Source: Methylacidiphilum caldifontis
GTDB lineage: Bacteria > Verrucomicrobiota > Verrucomicrobiia > Methylacidiphilales > CAMAQI01
Assembly: GCA_945877805.1 (NCBI GenBank)
Contig: CAMCSM010000005.1
Location: 1-63,045, forward strand
Direction of reading: 5' to 3'
Length of the DNA stretch: 63,045 nt
Of the stretch, positions 1 to 9,523 are shown piece after piece. Under the pieces are notes generated by a model that worked only from the letters and a program-made list of their open reading frames with translations, was not told the DNA's origin and made no database searches. The first letter of the stretch is position 1. The number at the start of each line of letters is the position of its first letter. A program made the position numbers and the translations under genes.

Positions 1-34
1 GGTCGGTGATCATGAGAAATGCCCCTTAACACAA

Positions 35-62
35 AAAGCGAAGCCTGACGGCTTCGCTTTTT
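35..62. terminator. Bidirectional rho-independent terminator hairpin
   Basis: Perfect 11-bp stem aaagcgaagcc / ggcttcgcttt with loop tgac, an A-run on the left and a T-run on the right. A + frame closes with TAA at 27-29 just upstream. Confidence 0.7.
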
Positions 63-152
63 AAACGGGTCTTAATCACCTCAAAATGTTCCTACAGGAA
101 CACTCACTTTTAATTGACGTCAGAACGCAAATCTAATTGTCGTTGGACAATT

Positions 153-245
153 GCCTCTGCGGCCCTCTATTTGGCGGCCGATGAGTCCTCGATGGTCACG
201 GGAAGCAGTCTGATGATCGATGGAGGATGGACGGCAGGTAAATAA
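153..245 (+). pseudogene. C-terminal remnant of a short-chain dehydrogenase/reductase (SDR) gene
   Basis: The frame reads ASAALYLAADESSMVTGSSLMIDGGWTAGK*, a classic SDR C-terminus. The same frame is closed by TAA at 111-113, so there is no Rossmann-fold part. Confidence 0.6.
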
Positions 246-267
246 TCCCTTTCGGAATATCCAATTT

Positions 268-1137
268 ATGAAATCTCTTCCTTTTAAAATCGTCGATTCA
301 CATTTGCACTTTTGGGATCCAGAGCAGTTTGGATACCCTTGGCTCGGTCATGTTCCGATCATTGCGTCGAAACATACTCCAGAGGAATTACTAAAGGCTT
401 ATCCCTTCGTGAAGGAGATCGATGCGGTTTTTGTTCAGGCGGAATGTCGGACCGAACAGGCATTACAAGAAGTCGAGTGGGTCACCCAGCTTTCCAAAAA
501 ATATCCGTGGATTAAGGGGATCGTCGCCTACGCACCGATGAATCAAGGGAAGAAGACACAAAAATGGCTCGAAAGTTTGGATAAAAACCCAATGGTGAAG
601 GGAGTTCGTCATCAGCTTCAGGGGGAAGAAGAGGACTCGTTTTGCCTGAAGCCCGATTTTATCAAAGGAATCCAATCGCTCTCCTATCGTGGTCTTGTAT
701 TTGATCTCTGTCTCAAGCATCACCAGCTTCCCCAGGCGAAGGAACTCGTTGAGAAATGCCCGCATAATTCATTTGTCCTTGATCATTTCGGGAATGCGAC
801 GCTCAAGGATGATTCCTTTGAAACGTGGAGTCATGATTTACGACGGATCGCGGAATTTCCTCATGTCTCAGTGAAGCTTTCCGGGCTTCTTACGCAGCTT
901 CCGACCGTTGTGGATTCAAGGAAGGTCTCTGAAATTTTTAAAGTCGTTCTCGATGCCTTTGGTCCCCAAAGGACGCTGTTTGGAAGTGATTGGCCGGTGG
1001 TGAATTTGAATGGAAATTATGAGCAGTGGTTGGAAATAGTTCTCCAGGAAACATCCAGTTTCTCGGAATCAGACCGTCATTCCATTTTTTCGAAGAATGC
1101 TGAACGGATCTATCATCTGAAAAAGGATGAATCTTGA
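268..1137 (+). CDS. Amidohydrolase-2 family metal-dependent hydrolase (TIM barrel)
   Basis: Motifs seen: '[11 protein letters not shown]', 'VLDHFG', 'FGSDWPV'. The ORF track starts at 220, but ATG 268 ([14 protein letters not shown]) fits family N-termini better and avoids the SDR remnant. Confidence 0.8.
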   Translation: MKSLPFKIVDSHLHFWDPEQFGYPWLGHVPIIASKHTPEELLKAYPFVKEIDAVFVQAECRTEQALQEVEWVTQLSKKYPWIKGIVAYAPMNQGKKTQKWLESLDKNPMVKGVRHQLQGEEEDSFCLKPDFIKGIQSLSYRGLVFDLCLKHHQLPQAKELVEKCPHNSFVLDHFGNATLKDDSFETWSHDLRRIAEFPHVSVKLSGLLTQLPTVVDSRKVSEIFKVVLDAFGPQRTLFGSDWPVVNLNGNYEQWLEIVLQETSSFSESDRHSIFSKNAERIYHLKKDES

Positions 1138-1184
1138 GGAGCTCTTCCACTTTAGTCGAAAAAACATACACACGAAAAGCAACG

Positions 1185-3944
1185 ATGAAAAAAAATAAAA
1201 AACAAGTTTCCAAAAGTCCTTCAAAATATGTCTATGCTTTCTGCTCCGGAAAAGCGGATGGGGATGGAACGATGAAGGGCCTTCTTGGAGGTAAAGGGGC
1301 GAATCTTGCGGAGATGACTCGAATTGGACTTCCCGTTCCTCCGGGCTTTACGATCAGCACGGAAGTTTGCAGGCACTATTATGCGAATCAACAAACGCTC
1401 CCCAAATCGTTGACTTCCGAAATTTCCAGCACTCTTAAAAAGATGGAGGAATCTTTGGGGAAGAAATTTGGTGATCCTTCCAATCCACTCTTGGTTGCGG
1501 TTCGTTCTGGTGCAAGGGAATCGATGCCAGGGATGATGGATACGATTTTAAATCTCGGCTTAAACGACAGGACGGTGGAGGGGTTGATCAAGGCGAGCAA
1601 AAATGAGCGTTTTGCCTACGATTGCTATCGGCGCTTCATTCAGATGTATGGGGATGTCGTGATGGGTGTTCAGAAAAGGGAGGGCGAGGAGGAAGAGCCG
1701 TTTGAGTCGGTGATTGATGAACTCAAAAGGGAACTCTTTCCCAAGCGAAAAGAGGTTCAGGATACGGAGCTGGATACGCAAGCATTGAAGACTTTGGTGG
1801 AGCGTTTTAAAGCATTGGTCAAGAACCGAACGGGGAAGTATTTTCCTGAAAACCCGGTCGAACAACTTTATGGGGCGATCGGAGCGGTTTTCAAATCTTG
1901 GAATAATGAGCGGGCGATTGTCTATCGTCAGAAGTATAAGATTCCCTCGGAGTGGGGAACGGCAGTAACGGTTCAGGCAATGGTTTTCGGAAACACGGGT
2001 GAAAACTCCGGATCCGGAGTCGCATTCACCCGCGATCCTGCCACGGGAGAAAAAGTTTTTTATGGGGAATTTTTGATCAATGCACAGGGGGAGGATGTCG
2101 TCGCTGGGGTGCGTACTCCTGAACCAGTCTCTCAACTCAAAAAGAAAATGCCCAAAACGTACCGTGAATTGGAAGCGGTTCGCCAGCGTTTGGAAAAGCA
2201 TTTCCGGGAGATGCAGGATTTCGAGTTCACGATTGAAGATGGACGACTCTTTATGCTCCAAACCCGTAACGGAAAGAGAACCGGCGTTGCCGCAGTTCGT
2301 ATTGCGGTGGAGATGGTGGCTGAAAAGTTGATCCGTCAGGAGGAGGCGGTTCGCCGTGTTCCGCCGGATTCGTTGAGTCAGCTTTTGACCCCGATTTTTG
2401 ATCGGGAGGCCCGCAAATCGGCTCACTTGATTGCTCGTGGATTACCAGCCGGTCCCGGAGCCGCGACGGGGCGGATTTATTTCAACTCCTATGAAGCGGA
2501 GGCCCGGGTCGCTCAGGGTGAAAAAGTCCTTTTGGTTCGAACCGAAACCTCTCCTGAAGATATTCGGGGAATGATGGCCTCCGAAGGAACTCTCACCTCA
2601 CGGGGTGGGGTCAGTTCCCATGCGGCCTTGGTTGCAAGACAGATGGGGAAGGTCTGTGTTTGTGGGGCTTCAGCCCTTCAGATCGATTATGAAAGAGGAG
2701 TTTTAAAGGTCGGAAGTCAGATTTATAAAAAGGGAGAGTTTCTTTCCATTGATGGAAGTACGGGAGAAGTTTTTGCGGGTGAACTCAAAACCGCACCCTC
2801 AGAAGTCATCCAAGTGCTTCTGGAAAAATCTCTGCCTCCCTCGAAGAGTCAGACCTATCTCAATTACGCCAAGCTCATGAAGTGGGCTGATCAGTATCGT
2901 CGCCTCGATGTTCGAACCAACGCAGATCAGCCTGATCAGGTTCAAAATGCGATTGCATTCGGAGCCCAGGGGATTGGGCTCTGCCGAACGGAACATATGT
3001 TTTTTGAAGGGGAGAGGATCGATCTGATGAGAGAGATGATTCTTTCGGAGACTACTACGGATCGCAAAAAAGCCCTAGAAAAACTTCTCCCTCTTCAACG
3101 GGGGGATTTTATTGAAATCTTTTTATCCCTGGAGGGTTATCCTGCCAATATCCGACTTCTTGATCCTCCACTGCATGAGTTCCTTCCGCATACGGACGCC
3201 CAGCAAAAGGATCTCTCGATCAAGTTGGGGATCCCTTTGGAGCGAATCTCAAGGCGGGTTCAGGACTTGCACGAATTTAATCCGATGCTCGGACATCGGG
3301 GATGTCGACTGGGAGTGGTTTTCCCTGAAATCACGGAGATGCAGGCACGGGCGATCTTTGAGGCGGCAGCGACGGTGATTCAGGCGAAGATCATTGTGAA
3401 ACCCGAGATCATGATTCCGCTGGTCGGCTATGAACAGGAACTTAAGCACCAGATTGCGATCGTTCGACGTGTGGCGAAAGAGGTGATGGCCCAGAAGAAA
3501 GTGAAGTTTGATTATTTGGTCGGAACAATGATCGAGATTCCAAGAGCCTGCGTGGTTGCGGATTCGATCGCCCACGAGGCGGAGTTTTTCAGCTTTGGAA
3601 CGAATGATCTGACCCAAACGACTCTTGCTATGAGTCGTGATGATGCAGGCTCGTTTCTTCCCAGCTACCAGGACCTTGAAATCGTCCGTCACAATCCCTT
3701 TGCCTCGATTGATACCGAGGGAGTGGGCGGTTTGATGAAACTTGCGATCGAGAAAGGGAAGAAGAGACGATCTAAGATTAAACTTGGGGTCTGCGGAGAA
3801 CATGGAGGAGATCCGGATTCGATCCAGTTTTTTGACGAAATCGGGCTTCACTATGTCAGCTGCTCCCCTTATCGTGTTCCTGTCGCCCAATTGGCGGCGG
3901 CGCAGGCTGGGTTAAAAGCGGGAAATAAAAAAATCAAAAAATAG
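1185..3944 (+). CDS. ppdK: Pyruvate, phosphate dikinase
   Basis: Motifs seen: '[10 protein letters not shown]', 'GLPVPPGFT', phosphohistidine loop '[18 protein letters not shown]', 'GLCRTEHMF', 'FGTNDLTQ', 'CGEHGGDP'. ATG 1185 (MKKNKK..KYVYAF) is preferred to the TTG at 1134. Confidence 0.95.
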   Translation: MKKNKKQVSKSPSKYVYAFCSGKADGDGTMKGLLGGKGANLAEMTRIGLPVPPGFTISTEVCRHYYANQQTLPKSLTSEISSTLKKMEESLGKKFGDPSNPLLVAVRSGARESMPGMMDTILNLGLNDRTVEGLIKASKNERFAYDCYRRFIQMYGDVVMGVQKREGEEEEPFESVIDELKRELFPKRKEVQDTELDTQALKTLVERFKALVKNRTGKYFPENPVEQLYGAIGAVFKSWNNERAIVYRQKYKIPSEWGTAVTVQAMVFGNTGENSGSGVAFTRDPATGEKVFYGEFLINAQGEDVVAGVRTPEPVSQLKKKMPKTYRELEAVRQRLEKHFREMQDFEFTIEDGRLFMLQTRNGKRTGVAAVRIAVEMVAEKLIRQEEAVRRVPPDSLSQLLTPIFDREARKSAHLIARGLPAGPGAATGRIYFNSYEAEARVAQGEKVLLVRTETSPEDIRGMMASEGTLTSRGGVSSHAALVARQMGKVCVCGASALQIDYERGVLKVGSQIYKKGEFLSIDGSTGEVFAGELKTAPSEVIQVLLEKSLPPSKSQTYLNYAKLMKWADQYRRLDVRTNADQPDQVQNAIAFGAQGIGLCRTEHMFFEGERIDLMREMILSETTTDRKKALEKLLPLQRGDFIEIFLSLEGYPANIRLLDPPLHEFLPHTDAQQKDLSIKLGIPLERISRRVQDLHEFNPMLGHRGCRLGVVFPEITEMQARAIFEAAATVIQAKIIVKPEIMIPLVGYEQELKHQIAIVRRVAKEVMAQKKVKFDYLVGTMIEIPRACVVADSIAHEAEFFSFGTNDLTQTTLAMSRDDAGSFLPSYQDLEIVRHNPFASIDTEGVGGLMKLAIEKGKKRRSKIKLGVCGEHGGDPDSIQFFDEIGLHYVSCSPYRVPVAQLAAAQAGLKAGNKKIKK

Positions 3945-3969
3945 GTTATCGAAAATTTAAAAAAAAATC

Positions 3970-4770
3970 ATGAAAATCATTCGCTACCAAGACTCCTACG
4001 GTAAAATCGCATACGCTCAACAAACTGCGCAGGGGACATTTGATCTCGAGGGCGATCCTTATGCTTCCTTGAATGCGACTTCTCGAAAATCAGAGATCGC
4101 TAAGATTTTGGCTCCAATCGTTCCGACGCAGATTCTTTGCATCGGACTTAACTATCGAAAGCATGCGGAAGAGTGCGGAGCCCCGATCCCTGAGCGGCCT
4201 GTTCTTTTTGTAAAGGGAGTGAATGCCCTGCAAAATCCGGGAGATCCGATTGTTCTTCCTCGTCGTGCCCGAAGCGATGAAGTCGATTATGAGTGTGAAC
4301 TGGGGGTAGTGATTGGAAAGCCCTGTAAAAATGTGACCCGCGAAAAAGCGTTGGATTACGTTCTGGGCTACACATGCGTGAATGATGTGAGTGCTCGGGA
4401 CTGGCAACTCAAATGGGGTGGAGGACAATGGTGCAAGGGAAAGTTTTTCGATACCTTTGCCCCGATCGGTCCCTGTCTCGTGACTCCAGATGAGATTCCC
4501 AATCCGAATGCCCTCAAAATCAAAACCATTCTCAACGGAGAAACCGTTCAGGATTGGACGACGAGTGATATGATTTTTGATGTCCCCGCGATCATCGAGT
4601 TTTTGAGCGCAAGTACGACGCTGATTCCCGGGACATTGATTCTCACGGGAACACCCCAAGGCGTGGGAATGGCCTCCAAACCTCCAAAATATCTGAAGGC
4701 AGGTGATTCCGTGACGATCGAAATCGAAAAAATCGGAAGCATTACCAATCCTGTCATTGAAGAATCATAA
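3970..4770 (+). CDS. Fumarylacetoacetate hydrolase (FAH) family protein
   Basis: 'CIGLNYRKHAEE', 'DYECELGVVIGK' and 'LILTGTPQGVG' are typical FAH-fold motifs. Confidence 0.85.
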   Translation: MKIIRYQDSYGKIAYAQQTAQGTFDLEGDPYASLNATSRKSEIAKILAPIVPTQILCIGLNYRKHAEECGAPIPERPVLFVKGVNALQNPGDPIVLPRRARSDEVDYECELGVVIGKPCKNVTREKALDYVLGYTCVNDVSARDWQLKWGGGQWCKGKFFDTFAPIGPCLVTPDEIPNPNALKIKTILNGETVQDWTTSDMIFDVPAIIEFLSASTTLIPGTLILTGTPQGVGMASKPPKYLKAGDSVTIEIEKIGSITNPVIEES

Positions 4771-4921
4771 ATCGGTCGAAGATCGAAACAGAGAGTTGAT
4801 CTACAATGAAAGCATTTTCTTTCACCACTCGCATGGCATTAAATTCCGATTTATGAATTTAAAGAAATACAGTTTATTCTATTGATTGGTCAGGGGTATT
4901 CTTCTGCTTATTTGGAATGCG

Positions 4922-5638
4922 ATGAAAATACACCTTTATGTTCCCTGTTTTGTGGATCAGCTTTTTCCGAAGGCCGGAATGGCGATGGTTCAAATTTTAG
5001 AAAAACTTGGGCATACGGTTGAATTCGAGGAATCGATCTCCTGTTGCGGACAACCGGCCTTTAATTCTGGCTATTGGGATGAAGCGCGCAAAGTAGCGAC
5101 CCGAACGGTCGAAGCTTTAGAGTCGGCGGAAGTCGTTGTGATCGGTTCCGGCTCCTGCGGAGCGATGCTCCATAAGTTTTATCCTGAACTTTTTAAAGAG
5201 ACCGCCCTTTCTGAAAAAGCCAACGCGCTCGCGGCTAAAACTTTTGAGTTTAGCGACTTTCTCGTCCGCAAACTCGGAGTGACCGATCTCGGCGCTAAAT
5301 TTCCCCACAAAGTGACCTATCATGACGGCTGTCACGGCCTTCGTGAACTCGGCATCAAAAATCAACCACGCCAACTTCTCTCCCATGTTCAAGGAATCAC
5401 TCTTGTTGAAATGAAAGAGGCGGAGAGCTGTTGTGGATTCGGAGGAACCTTTTCTGCCAAATTTCCACTCATCTCCTCTGCGATGGGAGATGTCAAATGC
5501 AGCTCAGCCGTTGAAACCGAGGCCGACTATATTGTTTCGAGTGATTCAAGTTGTCTGATGCAAATTCAGGGACTTCTCACACGGCAACAAAAGCCAATTA
5601 AAACCATTCACTTAGCCGAAGTTCTGGTGAGCCAATGA
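4922..5638 (+). CDS. lutA: Lactate utilization protein A (CCG-domain Fe-S oxidoreductase)
   Basis: 'MKIHLYVPCFVDQLFP', 'CCGQPAFNSGY', 'ESCCGFGGTF'. It is followed by lutB and lutC. ATG 4922 is preferred to the TTG at 4886. Confidence 0.85.
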   Translation: MKIHLYVPCFVDQLFPKAGMAMVQILEKLGHTVEFEESISCCGQPAFNSGYWDEARKVATRTVEALESAEVVVIGSGSCGAMLHKFYPELFKETALSEKANALAAKTFEFSDFLVRKLGVTDLGAKFPHKVTYHDGCHGLRELGIKNQPRQLLSHVQGITLVEMKEAESCCGFGGTFSAKFPLISSAMGDVKCSSAVETEADYIVSSDSSCLMQIQGLLTRQQKPIKTIHLAEVLVSQ

Positions 5639-7032
5639 GTACAGGATACGCCAAAGAATTCAAAGAAAACTCCGGACGGATGAGTCAGGATCTGACCCAT
5701 CGTGCCGTCATTAAAAAAGCGCTCAATGCTTACGAAGTGAAGCGGGACGAAAACCGCTCCAAGTATCTCGATTGGCAAGAGGCCCGTCAGGCTGCCGCCG
5801 AAATCAAGTGGGAAGCAGTCAATCATCTCGATCGCTATCTCCTGGAGATGACAGAAAAGCTCGAAGCTCGCGGAACAAAGGTCTTCTGGGCCTCCAATGC
5901 AGAAGAGGCCCGCAACTACGTTATTAATCTCTCTCAAGAAAAGAAGGTTCAATCGATCATCAAATCGAAGACGATGACCTCAGAGGAGATTCATCTCAAC
6001 TCCGCCCTGGAGAAATTAGGCTACGATGTCATCGAATCGGACTTGGGTGAATACATCGTCCAACTCAATGAGGAGGCCCCTTATCACCTTGTCTTTCCTG
6101 CGATGCATTTAACCCGCGGACAGATCAAAGAGATTTTTAAAAAGAAGCTCGGCAGCAACACCTCTGATCAGCCCGAAGAACTCACGATGGTCGCCCGCGA
6201 CATCATGCGTCAAAAATATCTCACCGCCGATATGGGAATCAGCGGTGCCAACTTCGGCGTTGCCGAAACCGGAATGATCTCGATCACGGAGAACGAAGGC
6301 AATGCCCGCTTAACAACCTCCTTTCCAAAAATTCATGTGGCCCTGATGGGAATCGAAAAGGTTCTCCCCAAACTCGGTGACCTCGCCCTTTTTCTTCCAC
6401 TTCTTGCGACCGCAGGAGGGGGGCAGCAGATCACCTGTTACAACACGATGATCGGCGGCCCGCGTCTCAATGACGAAGTCGATGGCCCCGAGGAATTTCA
6501 TTTAGTGCTCATCGATAATCGACGCACCGAACTGCTCTCCGATGCCGAACAACGGGATGCGCTTCATTGTATCCGCTGCGCCGCCTGCTTGAATGTCTGT
6601 CCGATTTTCAAAAGTTCTGGAGGTCATAGCTATGGCACGACCTATCAAGGACCGATCGGCTCCGTCATCACCCCTCATCTTCGTGGACTCCAGGACTGGA
6701 AACATCTCTCTTTGGCCTCCTCGCTTTGCGCCTCCTGCACCGATGTCTGCCCGGTAAAAATCGATATTCATCATCACTTACTTCATAACCGTCGCAATGC
6801 GGTCAGTCAAAGCCCGGTCTGGTGGGAAAAAATAGCCTTTATCGGCTTTACCTTTGCGACGGCGATTCCAGCTCTCTTTCAACTAAGCATAAAAATCGCC
6901 CGACTCCTCCAGCCCCTGCATGGACTCATCAAAGGATCGCTCATCGATCCCGCACGCGCTTGGACTCAAACCCGAGATCTTCCAGAGATACCTGCGAAGA
7001 GCTTCCGCCAACAATGGAAGGAGCGAAAATGA
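5635..7032 (+). CDS. lutB: Lactate utilization protein B (4Fe-4S, LUD domain)
   Basis: Two ferredoxin-type clusters are present: 'CIRCAACLNVCP' and 'CASCTDVCP'. There is a 4-nt overlap with the lutA stop. Confidence 0.9.
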   Translation: MSTGYAKEFKENSGRMSQDLTHRAVIKKALNAYEVKRDENRSKYLDWQEARQAAAEIKWEAVNHLDRYLLEMTEKLEARGTKVFWASNAEEARNYVINLSQEKKVQSIIKSKTMTSEEIHLNSALEKLGYDVIESDLGEYIVQLNEEAPYHLVFPAMHLTRGQIKEIFKKKLGSNTSDQPEELTMVARDIMRQKYLTADMGISGANFGVAETGMISITENEGNARLTTSFPKIHVALMGIEKVLPKLGDLALFLPLLATAGGGQQITCYNTMIGGPRLNDEVDGPEEFHLVLIDNRRTELLSDAEQRDALHCIRCAACLNVCPIFKSSGGHSYGTTYQGPIGSVITPHLRGLQDWKHLSLASSLCASCTDVCPVKIDIHHHLLHNRRNAVSQSPVWWEKIAFIGFTFATAIPALFQLSIKIARLLQPLHGLIKGSLIDPARAWTQTRDLPEIPAKSFRQQWKERK

Positions 7033-7084
7033 AATCAAATCCATTCATCTCCCGCGGCGACGCGGCGACGCAGCGAAAAACAAG

Positions 7085-7111
7085 AATCTGCGAAAATCTG
7101 CGTGATCTGCG
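7085..7111. repeat. Three tandem copies of heptamer ATCTGCG at 9-10 bp spacing, inside the lutB-lutC spacer
   Basis: aatctgcg (7085), aatctgcg (7095), gatctgcg (7104), preceded by gcggcgac gcggcgac gcagcga. The same heptamer triplet recurs at 20311-20337. Confidence 0.8.
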
Positions 7112-7132
7112 GATAAGCATTCAGGGGTGTTT

Positions 7133-7837
7133 ATGAACGACTCCAAAGATTTGATCCTGCGCCGCATCCGCGAAGCCCTCAAAAGCCCAGCCCCGGTTCC
7201 CGGAGGTCATGACTACTCCCATGCGGAGACAACCCCCACACGACCCAAGCCCGATCTTGGAAGTTTTCGCCAATTTTTGCCTGAGGTCGAAAATGATTTT
7301 AACAGTCAATGGAGTCTTCTTTCCAAAAATTTTACCGCTTTAAAAACAGACTTCGGACTTCTGGATTCCAAAGAAGAGCTGACTCGATTTGTTCAGGAAC
7401 TCCAACGCACCGAAAACTGGAAACGGATCGGATATCATCGCGGCGGACTCACCACACCGATCATCGATTCGATTCAAACGGAAAAAGTTTGCGTGAATGA
7501 TCCTTACGATTGCCAGGACCTGGAAAAGTGCGATGTCGGCATCAGCGAATGCGACGCGATCGTCGCTCAAACCGGAAGTATTTTAATCACCGCCCGCAGT
7601 GCCGGTGGCCGCGGACTCTCCGCCCTTCCTCCTCATCACTTAATCCTCGCAAGAACTTCTCAAATGGTTTCCGATCTCCCCGCCGCCTACGATCTCCTTT
7701 ATCAACGCTACGGTCAGAGCTATCCGAGCATGATCAGCTTCATCACCGGCCCCAGCCGTACCGGCGACATCGAACGCATCGTCGTCCTCGGTGCCCACGG
7801 CCCTAAAAAATTGACCGTCGCGATTTTGAAAGATTAG
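7133..7837 (+). CDS. lutC: Lactate utilization protein C (LUD domain)
   Basis: 'ILRRIREAL' at the N-terminus and 'VGISECDAIVAQTGSILI'. It is the third gene of the lutABC order. ATG 7133 follows a GGGG; the ORF-track start is GTG 7127. Confidence 0.8.
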   Translation: MNDSKDLILRRIREALKSPAPVPGGHDYSHAETTPTRPKPDLGSFRQFLPEVENDFNSQWSLLSKNFTALKTDFGLLDSKEELTRFVQELQRTENWKRIGYHRGGLTTPIIDSIQTEKVCVNDPYDCQDLEKCDVGISECDAIVAQTGSILITARSAGGRGLSALPPHHLILARTSQMVSDLPAAYDLLYQRYGQSYPSMISFITGPSRTGDIERIVVLGAHGPKKLTVAILKD

Positions 7838-8175
7838 ATCTAATGATTTTTTAGATACAAAAATTTAGTGGGCTTTTGTTAATCTAGTTGGGTGAGAGGA
7901 TCAACGATTCCATTCCTAAAATTTTTGAATGTAATTGTGAGCTGTCACCTTGAAGCGCCTTTTAGAGCGATGAACTGCTGATGCCTGGAAAAACTTTTCG
8001 ATTTGACCGAGAAAAAAGGGATTTTATCTCTTTCGGAAAGTTACGGCAGAGTGCTGCTCTGGAGTGACGAAGAGAGAGTGAGAGAGCGCACAAAGAAGTA
8101 ATTTTACTTTTGGCGATTTTATCTTTCAGTCGCCTTTGAAAGAAACGGGATGATTCTTTCATTGAGAATTTATTG

Positions 8176-8309
8176 AATTTACAAACCTATTGTTAAAAAT
8201 GATTTGAACTAATACTTTTGTGAAAATTTACAAAACTTATTGTACCGGCTATGTTTTTTAAGTCTCCAACATCAACGACTTATGACGAAAAACTTACAAA
8301 ACTCATTGT
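8176..8309. repeat. Three direct repeats TTACAAA(A)CYYATTGT (iteron-like) in an AT-rich non-coding stretch
   Basis: Copies: 8176-8193 aatttacaaacctattgt; 8223-8243 aaaatttacaaaacttattgt; 8288-8309 aaaacttacaaaactcattgt. Confidence 0.7.
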
Positions 8310-8767
8310 CCTTGGACAAACAGACAGTATTACACGAAAAAAAGTAAATTTCGGGTAAATTACTTTTCAGTAATATTCCCGTCAAATGACATCAATGTCC
8401 TATTGGGAAGAATATGAACATTATTTTCATGAGCATCCCAGATAATGTAACGTTTATTTTCAAACGAAGTCTCTGGATCATGGGAGAAAGGGGTGAACTT
8501 TTTAGATTTAAAATCCTTCCCCCCTTAACAGCAAAAACCTGATGTTCCTGACCTTGATCTGCAACAGAAAAGGGAAAGGATTTTAGGCGAAAACCAATTT
8601 GATCTGCGATGAGACGGAGCGTGCTTTGCTCAACTCTCGATCGTTTGCTCCAAAAAGCTCTTTTAGACCCTTTTGAAAGGACATTTGACAAAGCAGGAAA
8701 AAAACTCCCAAATAAAAAACTTTTCAAACCCCCTTTGATTCGTATGATGACCGTTCATTTACGACAC

Positions 8768-8809
8768 GGTGAGATGGCTGAGTGGTCGAAAGCGACGGTT
8801 TGCTAAACC
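8768..8809 (+). tRNA. 5' half of tRNA-Ser(GCU), truncated after the anticodon loop (fragment, not an intact gene)
   Basis: Read as GGTGAGA-TG-GCT-GAGTGGTCGAA-AGC-G-ACGGT-TTGCTAA-ACC. This matches the acceptor, D-arm and anticodon arm of bacterial tRNA-Ser(GCU). The 3' anticodon-stem strand breaks after 3 nt, and no variable arm or T-arm follows. Confidence 0.6.
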
Positions 8810-8987
8810 TGATAAGTCCTTGGTATTAAGTTACTTACCTCGTAAGAAAAAGAAACGTTCGGCAAGAAAAGGAAGGAATAGAGTCTTTTACCGGCAATCA
8901 TTGCCAGTATTCATTAAATGCTCAAATAACCTTTTAGAGATCGATTTGAACTTCATGAAACCGAAAAAAAGGCGTTTTTAATCTACT

Positions 8988-9521
8988 TCATTTCGGCTCT
9001 TGCTTCCCCCAAGATTCAGTCAAAGTTTTATGGTTCTCTTGTATGGTTTGCCCAGAGAAAACATCCCAATTTTCTGAGAACCCCAGTGGGTCTGAAGCTC
9101 GAATCCGAAACCGCCTCATTTTTGTATCAGCGGGAGGAGTTTTTCTAGTTCTGACCCAGTAGGCATGTTGCTCTCGGACATAGATTGAAACGTAAATGCT
9201 TGGCACGATAAAAAACTTCGGCAACTCCTTGACCCCATTTAGTGCAACGAAACAATAAAATAAATTAGGGTCCTGAATTGTCTCATGCTTTTGACTCATT
9301 GCCCATGAGTGGCAAGGTTCATCGGCAAAAAGAGCTTCAGTCCGAGTTCGCTGATCTGTCGTTTTGACCTCAACTTTGAAAAGCTGACTCAAGAGAGAAT
9401 TTGCCACTAGAATATCAACGCCCTTGGTATTCCCAAGGGTAAGCGTGGCAACATAGCCACGCTGTACAAGTTGTGCTAAAGTATAAAATTCGCCTGTTAG
9501 ACCCGTTTGAGAATTTTCCAT
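8988..9521 (-). CDS. Small PD-(D/E)xK-type nuclease-like protein
   Basis: 'GEFYTLAQLVQRGY..GNTKGVDILV..FKVEVKT' gives a D...E-x-K arrangement. The start lies 2 nt after the stop of the giant helicase gene. Confidence 0.55.
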   Translation of the reverse strand: MENSQTGLTGEFYTLAQLVQRGYVATLTLGNTKGVDILVANSLLSQLFKVEVKTTDQRTRTEALFADEPCHSWAMSQKHETIQDPNLFYCFVALNGVKELPKFFIVPSIYVSIYVREQHAYWVRTRKTPPADTKMRRFRIRASDPLGFSENWDVFSGQTIQENHKTLTESWGKQEPK

Positions 9522-9523
9522 AT

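Noticed and set aside
136-154. The near-palindrome ATTGTCnTTGGACAA at 137-152 also occurs at 8304-8319, next to the third iteron.
   Set aside because: This is a 16/18 match between two sites in 63 kb on two strands. By rough estimate, dozens of such matches are expected by chance.
1560-2426. Long antisense or alternative-frame ORFs inside well-supported genes. Examples: 1560-2426, 3249-3890, 4090-4659, 9550-10089, 29778-30347, 33843-34682, 45068-45913, 53209-53982.
   Set aside because: Each lies wholly within a gene with strong family motifs on the other strand or frame. Their translations are low-complexity or Arg/Ser/Pro-rich, as expected for shadow ORFs.
7033-7126. Small ORFs across the lutB-lutC spacer (6822-7136, 6920-7105) translating the repeat as '..RRGDAATQRKTRICENLRDLRI..'.
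   Set aside because: They are read-throughs of a repeat element in alternative frames and overlap lutB. I treat them as repeat DNA, not genes.
8392-8727. A 111-aa minus-strand ORF in the AT-rich region. A second frame continues as '..HDPETSFENKRYIIWDAHENNVHILPN..'.
   Set aside because: It has no recognisable family, and the apparent frame change suggests a decayed gene at best. It is not reported as a CDS.
8810-8987. Searched for the missing variable arm, T-arm and acceptor 3' strand of tRNA-Ser just downstream and elsewhere (for example 'gttcaaatc' at ~8945 on the minus strand, 'tctcaccg' at ~46153, 'cctcaccg' at ~61240).
   Set aside because: None of these has complementary stems or correct spacing, so no intact tRNA can be assembled by eye.
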